NCBI GenBank assembly: GCA_023231475.1
Contig: JALJEE010001982.1
Location: 62,001 to 90,874 of the forward strand
Source of the DNA: Seison nebaliae
Lineage: Eukaryota
Reading direction: 5' to 3'
Length of the DNA stretch: 28,874 nt
The notes below the pieces were generated by a model. It saw only the letters and a list, made by a program, of their open reading frames with translations. It searched no databases and was not told the DNA's origin. A program made the position numbers and the translations under genes. Below are positions 1 to 10,190 of the stretch, in pieces. The first letter of the stretch is position 1; every line of letters starts with the position of its first letter.

Positions 1-650
1 TTGAATTTGTTTGGTGATGTGATATCGGTAATTCGAAGGAATTTTCCTAAACCTCTCTCCTTTCCTTCATTCTCTAATAAGGCGTTCGCTAACGGATTTA
101 AGGGCGAAGTTGATTTCTGCATATCTCGTTTCTTTTTTTGACGACGTCTTTCTTCTGAATAGTCTCGTTCAATCGTCGGAATTCTTTCCATTAAATATTT
201 TCTGGAATTGAAATTTTGTGACTGATGTCGAGATTGTTGATATGGATCATATTGATTGGCTGAATATTTCCTCCCGCCACTATATTCATAATACGTCTGA
301 TTATCATAAGAATCATAATTGTGATTATATTGATTTTGATTATATCGATTCTGACCGGAATTAAATTGATTTTTATTTCGATTTTGATGATATCGATTCT
401 GATTATTCTCTTCCTCAATTGATTTATAAGAATAATTGTTTTCTTCTTGATTCTTATTGTCTTGATGACGTTGATGATTAGTCGTACTTCTCAGACGATC
501 TAATTCACCGTAATAACTATCATAATGTGGCATGTTCAGATTGAAATTAAATGGTAAAATATTTTCATATCGGTAACTTTCATTATCACTTCTATGTTTA
601 TGGAAGAACTGATGAATTTCAAGACTTCCTTTATCAGTTCCTGAATGCAT
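1..650 (-). CDS. 5' part of an uncharacterised protein with an N/Q/Y-rich low-complexity N-terminus; runs off the window edge
   Basis: ATG at 650, then 216 stop-free codons to position 1: MHSGTDKGSLEIHQFFHKHRS...NQNRYHQNRNKNQFNSGQNRYNQNQYNHNYDSYDNQTYYEY...RRRQKKKRDMQKS... Not in the ORF track because there is no stop in the window. Possible 33-nt 5'UTR intron at 661-693 (gtgagt...ttccag). Confidence 0.7.
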   Translation of the reverse strand, partial: MHSGTDKGSLEIHQFFHKHRSDNESYRYENILPFNFNLNMPHYDSYYGELDRLRSTTNHQRHQDNKNQEENNYSYKSIEEENNQNRYHQNRNKNQFNSGQNRYNQNQYNHNYDSYDNQTYYEYSGGRKYSANQYDPYQQSRHQSQNFNSRKYLMERIPTIERDYSEERRRQKKKRDMQKSTSPLNPLANALLENEGKERGLGKFLRITDITSPNKF

Positions 651-1096
651 GATAATTCTACTGGAACAATTTGAATTATCTACTCAAACTCACTTGTTAA
701 TAGTTTCGGATGAATTTTATTTGGATTTTATTTATTTAACAACACAATGAACCATTTCCCTTTGGCATGTTTCAATTCCATGTTTTTCTCCATGTTCTTC
801 TCCGTATCAAACGTGAAAAGGTAAAGGACGAGAAAAGAAAAGACAAATGAGGAAAACAAATAGAAACTTATCAGAATTATTACTCCCTCTTTTTCTACAT
901 TCACAATCGTATCAAGAAACAGAATAAATCAATAACATATCAAAACGAATAAATGAATTGGTCATTTGAGAAAGAATTTTTCCAAGGTCATCAATCACCA
1001 GGAAACAAACATGATTCTTAATATTTCATATTCTCTACTTGACAATTGGATGTAATTAATACTCTTTCATACATCTAAATCTCCAAATTATTCCTA

Positions 1097-1136
<40 letters not shown>
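1097..1136. repeat. (ATT)13 microsatellite
   Basis: Perfect trinucleotide run downstream of the DRG2 stop. Confidence 0.95.
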
Positions 1137-1138
<2 letters not shown>

Positions 1139-1228
1139 ACTGTACATTTTATATATTCAGTGACATTATAATAATAATGAACCGAATTTTTCATTTATTC
1201 ATGGAAATCGATTTCCGTTCATATCCTT

Positions 1229-2798
1229 TTATTTCTTAACAATTTGTATAATGTCCTCATGATCAACCACATGATCCAAACCGATACGTTGAGGTTGATG
1301 TTTCACCGAAGTACCCTAAACATTTCGGAGAGGATTCAACAGAAAATTATTTTAGGAAACTAACCCAGACATAAGCGAAACGGAAATCTTTCAGGAGTGA
1401 CTTGTGAATGATATGACACTAAAAAAAAATGAGAATAGACGAAAGGAGAAAGGGAAGATTAAACCACATCCCGAATGTTACTTCCATTCCTTACGATAAT
1501 TCCTTCGTCTAAATCCGGTTTTTCTAAAAAGATGATTATTTTCATGATATTAATTCCATCATCAAAAGCCAACCAGATTTCCTTTTCGTATAAACACTAA
1601 TTAAATTAAGATATGTCCAAATCGACTTCTTCAAATACTCAAAATTTAATTTCATATTACAACTATAAATGGAATATAATTGGAAATTCGAATAAGAATT
1701 TGACTACCTGATAACGACCGAATCTGGTTCTCTCGCTAATGCATCCACTTGATCGATTGTCAATTGATCGATTTTATTATAAACCTTTTCCAAATGAAAT
1801 GATTGTATGAGAAAAGAGAAATGATGGAACATAAAGACATGGTAAATATTTTCTAGTTCCGATTACAACATCCACCAACTGATCCGTCGTGATATCTTCT
1901 TTGATGAGTAATTCACAATTGAAGATTTCTAATGAGAATAATGATGAAATTAATTTTGATTTAATTTCTAACTATAATTTCTTAAAATCGTTCTTGCCAT
2001 CTTCTCGTCCAATTTCGTCAATTTGATCGTACTACTAAAACTAATTCCGCCTCCCTCTCGTTTCTAACAGAAAATTTTATAAAAAATTATGCTAAAAAAA
2101 AACGAACCCTGAAATGGACATTTGGTGGTCGTTGATTTAATCGTATACCAATTTTCTCTAATTCGATCGATAACAATTGTCTGGATGAATGGTTGGTGAA
2201 TGTGAATGAGTGAAATGATTTTTGTAGTGACGAGAGTAACCTTTGTTTTTTACCATTTTGCGCATCTAACATCATAAGAACGAGATCGGATGTCCTCGCC
2301 ACTGAAATTACTTGTTTGCCTCTTCCTTTCCCTTCGGATGCATCTACTAGAATTCCTGGTAGATCTAATAATTGAATATCAGCTCCATTAAACTGATTGA
2401 AAAGGAATGAAAGATGAGAATTTCATGAGAAACTTCTATTACACCAGGAATGCAAGTGAGAGTAGTAAATTGATAAGCGGCAGCGATCGATGTCGTTTTG
2501 GTGATACTGGAGAGGAGTGTAGACTTTCCAACTGATGGAAATCCGATGAGAGCAACACGAGCATCACCACTTTTAGCAACATCGAATCCTTCGCCTTTAC
2601 CACCACCAGCTTTATCTGTATCATTAATAAGTTGTTCTCGTAATTTGGCTAATCTCGCTTTCAATTGTCCCAAATGATATTCAGTTGCTGAAAAATAAAG
2701 TTTAGGAAGATATTTCTTCCAAAAAAAATTTCACCTTTATTTTTTTGTGTTCGTGAAATTTCATGTTCGATCTCAGTTATTCTGTCTAATATTCCCAT
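1229..2798 (-). CDS. DRG2: Developmentally regulated GTP-binding protein 2 (OBG-family GTPase with TGS domain), 11 exons, 365 aa
   Basis: Exons 2798-2735, 2687-2434, 2392-2241, 2180-2108, 2063-1973, 1928-1831, 1784-1708, 1662-1574, 1523-1465, 1418-1365, 1315-1229 join into 1098 nt in frame with GT-AG introns. Motifs: [47 protein letters not shown] (P-loop), [31 protein letters not shown]...[10 protein letters not shown]. Confidence 0.96.
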
Positions 2799-3051
2799 AT
2801 CATCTCAATGTTTAAATGAGGAATCTCCTAAAATAATTTAGTGGCAACAAGCTAAATTTTCAATTTGAAATGAGAAAATAAATGGAATGGATATTGGAAG
2901 AAAAAAAAACGGTCCATTTTGATTCCCTCCCAATTTCTCAAGTCAAACATTTTATTTTTTGACATTATTAATAAAATAAACATAAATCATCAACATAATA
3001 TATGGATGATTTGGAGAATTTTTAATATGGATTATTTTTTAGTCCGTGAGA
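2799..3051. promoter_or_regulatory. Putative bidirectional promoter between DRG2 and EI24
   Basis: Only 253 nt separate the head-to-head start codons; called from geometry, no motif identified. Confidence 0.55.
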
Positions 3052-4197
3052 ATGAATCGAAATAAAAATACAATTTTTACAATGGACAATTTGCAGACAT
3101 TCGTCGATAGTATTCCCAGCATTTTCTGGTCGTTCATTCTCGGTCTTTTGGATTCGACAATAAATCTAAAGAAATTGAAAACGATGAGAAAGAAGAAAGA
3201 CGAGGACGGACATAATGAAATAAAAAGACGAGATCGAACTCATTCTCCATTCCATCGTCCCGATTTGAAGAAATTTCAAAAGACCGATTCTCCAAACATC
3301 ATCAATAACAATAATATTAATCGACCCAATAATTCATCACAAGAAAATCGACAATATACGGAAATTATGAGTGCACTCTTCAAATATATGTTGTGTCACA
3401 TCTTCCTTATTGCCATTCTATTAATTCTCGAATATATCAGTAGTAAATCGATTGATGATTCAAATTTCTCATTTTGGATGATAATTCATAATCTAATTTT
3501 TCTTCTATGGATCATTCCAGTGTCAATTGGTAGTCGAATATTCTCCATGTTCTGGTTCAATGATCTCGCTAATTATCTAATGCTTCATTATAATAAGAAG
3601 AAGAGGATACGTTCCATTCCACATCGAAGTTCGAATGGTGGAATGTCTGATGGTCATTTGGGAAGTACGGGAAAGAACTTTATTAATAATATTACACATT
3701 TAGTTTTATTGACTGTTCTCCTCATTGAAAATTGGTTATTATTCCTTCTTAATAGTTATGTACCTACCACTCTCACTTATTTCATTTACTATTTATCATC
3801 TTCAATGGTTTATGCATTGACCGCTTTCGATTATAAATGGTCATATCAAGGAATCAGTGTGTCCGAACGTTATGATCGTTTCACCAAACAATGGCCATAT
3901 TTTTTCGGTTTCGGATTATGGATGGCAATCCTCCTCTACGTCACCTCATACAGTCTGGTACTCAATGGAGCGATGTATTCCATCTTCTTTTGTCTTCAAT
4001 TAATTCTCATCTTTCTCACCGACAACGATAAACCGAGTCGATTAGAGAAGAACGTTAAAATTCTCATGGAAGAATTTCATGTACGAAAAGTAAATTTTCG
4101 AATCGATCATCAAATGAAACTTTTTCATCCATCCGTTGTCGCGACCGGATATATAACGAATTACACCAATAAATTGGTCAATTCATTAATCGGCTAA
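3052..4197 (+). CDS. EI24: EI24/EPG-4 autophagy-associated multi-pass membrane protein, intronless
   Basis: Single ORF starting at ATG 3052 or 3082. Family-like motifs LWIIPVSIGSRIFSMFWFNDLA and YALTAFDYKWSYQG...WPYFFGFG; several hydrophobic helices. Confidence 0.88.
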   Translation: MNRNKNTIFTMDNLQTFVDSIPSIFWSFILGLLDSTINLKKLKTMRKKKDEDGHNEIKRRDRTHSPFHRPDLKKFQKTDSPNIINNNNINRPNNSSQENRQYTEIMSALFKYMLCHIFLIAILLILEYISSKSIDDSNFSFWMIIHNLIFLLWIIPVSIGSRIFSMFWFNDLANYLMLHYNKKKRIRSIPHRSSNGGMSDGHLGSTGKNFINNITHLVLLTVLLIENWLLFLLNSYVPTTLTYFIYYLSSSMVYALTAFDYKWSYQGISVSERYDRFTKQWPYFFGFGLWMAILLYVTSYSLVLNGAMYSIFFCLQLILIFLTDNDKPSRLEKNVKILMEEFHVRKVNFRIDHQMKLFHPSVVATGYITNYTNKLVNSLIG

Positions 4198-4508
4198 TTT
4201 CATACAAATAACTTCCTTCATTTCTCTTCCCAATAAGGCAATATAATTAATTTGATATTCTCCCTGACCTGAATTTAATTTTGTCTTAATTTTTAAAAAT
4301 TTTCCACAAACTATACTTACTCTTAAGAGTTAGTACTATAAATAACTCAATAAAAACTATGTTCATTATTTTTTTTTAGAATTTATAAATTTTATTTACA
4401 TAGTTATATTTATGGGAAGAAATTTTTAATTTTGATATTTATTTTGAAATCCAATTAAAAAAGTTGGAAGTTTGAGGAAGTTTGAGGAAATGTTTAAATG
4501 AGAACTCC

Positions 4509-7500
4509 TCATTTTTTTGGGACATTGATTTTAGTACCTGAAAAACTATGGAGGGCTTGAAGTAAAGATTGTCTTCCTGCCGTCAACATAGCACGATAAG
4601 TTTTTGATAATGGTAAATCATATTTGAGTTCGTTAATTTTCCCGTATGTTCCCTCTGCCAGACTTTGTAGTCGTTCGATGGCTCTGTCTTCATTGAAACG
4701 ATCTTCTTTCGATTGTTCCGTTCGGGATTGATAGCCGAGATGTCGTTGCTCCATCAGATTTGCGTATAGATTAGTGAGTAGACCTTTAAGGAGATGAGGC
4801 GGACTCGTCGATAATGTACTGGAGATGTTGTAAACGAGCATTTGACCCGAATTTGTCCCGATCAACAAGGTAAAGGTTTGGGGAGCGATTGTTGCGATTG
4901 TCATTCGTGATCTTAAAGGTGACGTGATTCGGAACATTGGATCCAACATGTTCTCCTTTAAATCCCAAATTTGTATTTGATTGTTACAAGTGGCGATGAA
5001 AGCGGTCGATGAATAAATCGACCATTTCACATCATAGACCATATTCTTATTGGAGAAGAGGATTAATGCTGGAAATAAATATTCTGTCTAAAAGAGATTG
5101 AGATGAGAAAGAGAAAGAGAAAATAGAAAACTCTCCATATTCGAATAGTGGAATCGGCGGAACAAGAAAGAAAAGCATCCTCATCAAACGGTGACCATTG
5201 TACCTGATAAACATGATTACTATGACCATCGAATGTTTCGTCGATGATATCGGGATATGATATCGAGCATAAATGTATTTTACCTTGATCCGTTCCAATT
5301 AGATATGTCTCTCCATCAAACGGATTGATATCGAAACACATGACACCAGCTCGTCGAATCAAATAACCAGGTTGATTAACTTCATACGACACATTCTCAC
5401 ACCTCAATCGAGGAAGATGTTTTGGTATATGTTTCTTCAACTTATCTATTTGTAGAATGTCTTCGATCATCAATTGTTCGTCGATATATATCGTACAAAC
5501 ACGTCCATCCATTCCCACACTCATAATTTGTTCACCAACTTCTGGTCGATCTTCTTGGAAGAACCATCTGATCTGCCACACCGTATCCATATGTGCACCA
5601 GGCAATAAACTCGTCGTATAAATAAGTGGCATCGTCTCCTCAGCGATATTATACAAATTAATAAAACCTGAATGTAAAGAGGTTGCTAAGATACCAGGAC
5701 TTTCTTTCGAGAACTCGACACAAGCAACTTTCGAATCAGTTTCCGTGTAACGTGTGGGATGGTCGGGATTCTTTAACGACCACAAACATATCAATCCGGT
5801 AAAGTTTTCACTAAATTCAAAACTTCCATAACCGATAGCAATCATATCGGGAAGACGTGGATTCCAAGCCGAACAACTGATATTCTTACTACGAGTGAGA
5901 TAACACGAATAAATCCAGAGGAAATTCATCACCATCTGATATCGACCATCAGTCGTTTTGAGTATATGTGGGCCCGTACCCATTTTATTCGTCTCAACAT
6001 TGGCTACTAAGCTTGGATTAGAATCATCACCATCACCCGACATCTTATCATCCATCAATTCATCTCCATCACCCGAATTCGGCGTCTTCTGAGATTGTTT
6101 CATTTCGACGATATCTTTCGTCAAATCTGAACCGAAATCTGGATTTAATTGTAACATCAATTCTAGAGCGTTAGGTCGATCAGTTTTATTTTCGTGTTCG
6201 ATCTCTTTAAGAAATAGTTCGAAATCCGTCTTCAAACTAGTCACTCCACGATAAGTGGAATGTGCCGTCTGATATTTATCGCATTGGAGTGCCGTCTCGA
6301 TTAGTTTGAGGAGTTGTAACAATTTCGTCTGATCTAAATCTCTCAAATTCTTCTCGGATATTGGAATTAAATCATAATTCATTTCATTCGGTGGAATAGT
6401 TCGAATGGATTTAATCGTCGGTTCTTTTGACGAACTACTACGTTGAATGACGGTTTGTGTCATCGTTCGATGATTATAAATCGATTCTCGCTTATCTTCC
6501 GAACTTTTCTCGTCGAATGAATCGTCAAATAATTCGACATCTGAATAAATTTTTCGTCCCTCCAATCTCATACTCTCCAATTTCTCTCGCAATTCATTCT
6601 GTTCCACAATCTCCAATTCTAATTGTTGACGTAATTCGTCGTCATTGGCAGCCGCTTCCCAATATTTCGCTATCAATCCCTTCTGTTTCCGCTGATCATT
6701 CATTTCGACATTTAACGACAAATTAGAAACAGAACGAGTAGGAAAGATTGGAATTAATGCCTCGTCCAACATATCCACTTGAACTGACAACGTTTTCTTC
6801 GGAATAACTGCACATTGTGTATCTTTCCTTTTCATAATTCCATTATCTGTTTGTGTTATCGATGACGTCATAGTTTCATCGCCAGGCAATCGATCTGCAC
6901 GAAATCTTTCCACCACTTGATTTCTAGCGACTTCTCGAGTATAATCGGGATGCAAAGGACCGTACAAAGTACAGGGAATATGAAGAATGGGAAATGTTGG
7001 AGTCTCTCGAAATTTGAGAGTTTGATACTGAATCTCTTGTTTCTTCTTCGTCTGTTGAATGATAACATTGGCCGTTGTGAAACTGAATGATGACGACTCA
7101 TCACTATCACTATCATAAAGAGAATTCTCATTTTCGTCATCTTCAATTATTTTTGATGATTCTTCGATTAGATCTTCCGATTTCTTTCCTAAAATTAAAT
7201 TCGACGGTTTCGACATCGTTCCATCTTGTAATTGGAATAAACTCAACAATGTGTAATTTGGATCACGTGGAACGATGATACGTTGACATCCTTTCTCCAA
7301 ATAAGAAATTGGCGCTGGAGTCGTTTCTTCACCAGCGATATCTCGAATTGATGTCTCTTCTTTTAAAGAGAGTGTTGATGATCCTTTCACTTCTTCTGTT
7401 ACTTCCGAAAATATTTCTCCTAAATTTTGCGAAGAAGAATGAGCAGATGTACCAGATGGAACATCGATTGTTTCATGTGAATCGATTCGAGAAGCATCGA

Positions 7501-7657
7501 CAGAATTATTCTGTTTAACTTCACTTTGTTTCGACTCTCCACTCTGCAACGGTACTATACTGTCCACCTTTCCTGGTGTACGTGCTGCTATATTGGAAAT
7601 AAAACATTTCTTATTCCATTTGACAAATTAGTAACTTGAAGATCTACCGCTTCGCAT
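4509..7657 (-). CDS. WDR78: Axonemal dynein intermediate chain WDR78/DNAI4 (WD40), 3 exons, ~1018 aa
   Basis: Exons 7657-7636 (MRSGRSS), 7587-5132 and 5087-4509, with introns of 48 and 44 nt. Motifs: AWNPRLPDMIAIGYGSFEF, LICLWSLKNPDHP, GHSNHVYQVQWSPF, FLSCSADSTIRIW, VYDVKWS...IQIWDLKENMLDP. The first acceptor is a NAGNAG (tagCAG). Confidence 0.85.
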
Positions 7658-7833
7658 TTTAGTTCGGATAATTGGAGAGAAATAATAAAATTAAGAAAAA
7701 ATGGGAATTTTTCTCTCTCGAGGTAGTTGAAGGCGGTTAAAGAGAATTTATTCAATACATTTTTCTTTTCCTCCTTTCTCTATTCGTACTAATTTCGAAG
7801 AATTAGCTGAAATGTTTCTTTATTAATTACACA
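7658..7833. promoter_or_regulatory. Putative bidirectional promoter between WDR78 and VPS37
   Basis: Only 176 nt separate the inferred head-to-head start codons. Confidence 0.5.
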
Positions 7834-8732
7834 ATGAATAGTAGATATCCATATACATCCAATTATTATCAACAACCATATTCTTCCACCACTTATCAGC
7901 CCACCGTCAATACTCAACCGAATCCCGTTCCCGATGTTCAATTACCAGATGAACTTTCAAGTTACCTTCCTCCCATTACCTCATCGGCATAATATCTTTT
8001 TCTAGATGAATTACGAAGAAAGAATCATTCGGAATTACAACAATTATATGACAACACTAATGAAAGAAATAATTTGTTGGAGAGATTTCTGACGAACGAC
8101 ATAGCCGAAGAAGAATCTCGATTGAAGCAAAATATCATCACAAAAACTATCGACAATCTAGAGAATGAACAAAACTATGAAAATAATCGAAATCAACTTC
8201 TATTAGCCATCGATGCACTCAATGAACAAAAAGAAGAATTACAAACCGTTTTCAAACAACAAAGTTCCATTTGTCTTCACTTAAAATTTCCCCAATTTTT
8301 TCTTTGTGAAACTTGAGTTTCTAAACAAAATTTTTCCATCTCAAATTTGAAAAAAAAATTTTTTTTTAAAAAAAAATCTACAAAACTTTTTTTGAATGAA
8401 ATTTTAAAATTTTCTTTTTAGATAACCAAATGAATGACAATAGTTCGGATTCGTTATATGCCTTGCTACGCTCAGCGTCGACATCTGATGAAGATAGGAC
8501 GGAAGAGATGGTTGAATCATTTCTCTCGTCAGCCGATGACACGATAAGTGAGCGAGAACTATTCATCGAGGAATATATCCGTCAAAGAACGAGAGCTTAT
8601 CTGTTACGATTCAAAGCGGATTATCTCCAAGAGAATCAGAGAAATCATTTCACTACAACAAATCCATATAATGATTATCAGTCAAATTCGATGAATACAT
8701 CGAAAAGTTACCAGAAAGTTTCATTTGAATAA
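7834..8732 (+). CDS. VPS37: ESCRT-I subunit VPS37 (Mod(r) domain), 3 exons, ~231 aa
   Basis: Exons 7834-7960, 8006-8263 and 8422-8732 join in frame (introns 45 and 158 nt). P/Y/Q-rich N-terminus, a coiled coil, and the C-terminal Mod(r)-like LLRSASTSDEDRTEEMVESFL...FIEEYIRQRTRAYLLRFKADYLQE. Confidence 0.78.
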
Positions 8733-8766
8733 AATAATAAATAAAAATATGAATTTATGTGAAGAA

Positions 8767-9105
8767 TTAAAAGTCGATACATCGACCCTTCCTCTCCCAA
8801 TCGCCATAACGAGTAGGTTCGGGTCCCTTCGGTCCGTTAATTTCTTTCACTTCCTTCTTCTCTATCATTTCTTCTTCACTTTTCTTCTTCTTCTTCTTCT
8901 CTTTTCTTATGGGAACGTCATATTCTGATTCATCTAATTCTTCTAATTTGACTATTTGTCGTTTGCCCAATTTCTTCTTTTGATCTTCCATCAGTTGACG
9001 ATCGAGTTCTTTCCATCGTTCTCGATAATCATTCTTCCTCCGAACTATCATTCCCAATCGACCATGATAGTTGATAATTCGTCTGAAATTTGATGTGAAC
9101 ATCAT
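8767..9105 (-). CDS. SDHAF4: Succinate dehydrogenase assembly factor 4 (Sdh8/Sirup)
   Basis: Diagnostic C-terminus EINGPKGPEPTRYGDWERKGRCIDF; Arg-rich N-terminus resembling a mitochondrial targeting peptide. Confidence 0.95.
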   Translation of the reverse strand: MMFTSNFRRIINYHGRLGMIVRRKNDYRERWKELDRQLMEDQKKKLGKRQIVKLEELDESEYDVPIRKEKKKKKKSEEEMIEKKEVKEINGPKGPEPTRYGDWERKGRCIDF

Positions 9106-9185
9106 AAGAAGATAACGGAAAAGAAAAATTCTAAATATAAAGTCTGGAAATATTTACAGGCAAAATTTACATTTTCTATTGACAT

Positions 9186-10190
9186 TTAAAATAAACTATT
9201 CAAATTATTATAAAAATTATCAAGATCTTCTTTCATCGTTTCATCTTCACTCTCCGAATTATCTTCTTCCTTCTCCATCATCTCACAATTTTCTCCTTTC
9301 AAATCCTTTTTCATTCGTGAAGTGACAGTAGGAATAATTTCGTCTTTTTTCTTAAATAATTCAACTAATTTCGACCAACGTTCTTCCTCCGCTAACGAAT
9401 CGAGTTGTTTTCCTCTCTCAAACTTCTTTAACGACTCAACGTCTTCCACTTGATCGGATTGATTGACAAATATCTTCACTTGATCACTGAATTTCTTCAT
9501 TTCACTATCTATCTCCATTTTCATTTTCTCTTCTCTTAGATCGCGATTAAGAAGTTCGTCGTCGAAGAAATCTGCAGGTAAATTTTTATTATCCATTTTC
9601 TTCAACGTCTTCCTCAATTTCCTTTTCTTCTTTTTCGATCTTCTTCTCTCCAATTCGTCGATGGAACATTCCGATTTTTTCTTCCAATTTTTCTTCTTCT
9701 TTTCATATTTGTCATGATGTCGAATGGAATTCTTATACAAATCATCCAATTGATAATTGAACATATCATTCTCTTCTTTTCTTTCTTCAATTTTTTTCGA
9801 AATCTCTTCTATTTTCTTCGGAGAATCTTCCAATTCCTCTCTCACTATTCCCACAATATCATCCTCAATTCTTGACGGTTTTTCTTCAAATTTTTCATTA
9901 AGAAATTTCACTTCTTCTTCCGTTAATTCATTCACATTTTCTATTTCTTTTTCATCTTCATTCGGCTCCTCAATACGTTTCTGCTTCAAATCAATTTCTG
10001 ATAACACTTCAACATTTTTCCTTTTCATCAAATTCTTCTTTTCCATTCGAATGACAGCACTCACATGTTGTCTCCCATTCTTATGACCCAACCAGAGACG
10101 TTCATGTTTCAATAATTGATTACACGCCAAACAGAGGACGCCGTTACCTTTCGTCTTCTTAAAATATGGCGACTGAACGGAAATATTCAT
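9186..10190 (-). CDS. ZNF830: Zinc finger protein 830 (CCDC16/Omcg1), intronless, ~334 aa
   Basis: ATG at 10190. SPYFK...CLACNQLLKHERLWLGHKNGRQH zinc finger, LPADFFDD motif and a C-terminal coiled coil. Confidence 0.82.
   Translation of the reverse strand: MNISVQSPYFKKTKGNGVLCLACNQLLKHERLWLGHKNGRQHVSAVIRMEKKNLMKRKNVEVLSEIDLKQKRIEEPNEDEKEIENVNELTEEEVKFLNEKFEEKPSRIEDDIVGIVREELEDSPKKIEEISKKIEERKEENDMFNYQLDDLYKNSIRHHDKYEKKKKNWKKKSECSIDELERRRSKKKKRKLRKTLKKMDNKNLPADFFDDELLNRDLREEKMKMEIDSEMKKFSDQVKIFVNQSDQVEDVESLKKFERGKQLDSLAEEERWSKLVELFKKKDEIIPTVTSRMKKDLKGENCEMMEKEEDNSESEDETMKEDLDNFYNNLNSLF

Noticed and set aside
8349..8377. A9-T9-A9 palindrome in VPS37 intron 2
   Set aside because: Homopolymer low-complexity sequence; no TIR or target-site duplication.
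9757..10086. 109-aa plus-strand ORF
   Set aside because: S/F/I-rich antisense shadow of the E/K-rich ZNF830 coding strand.
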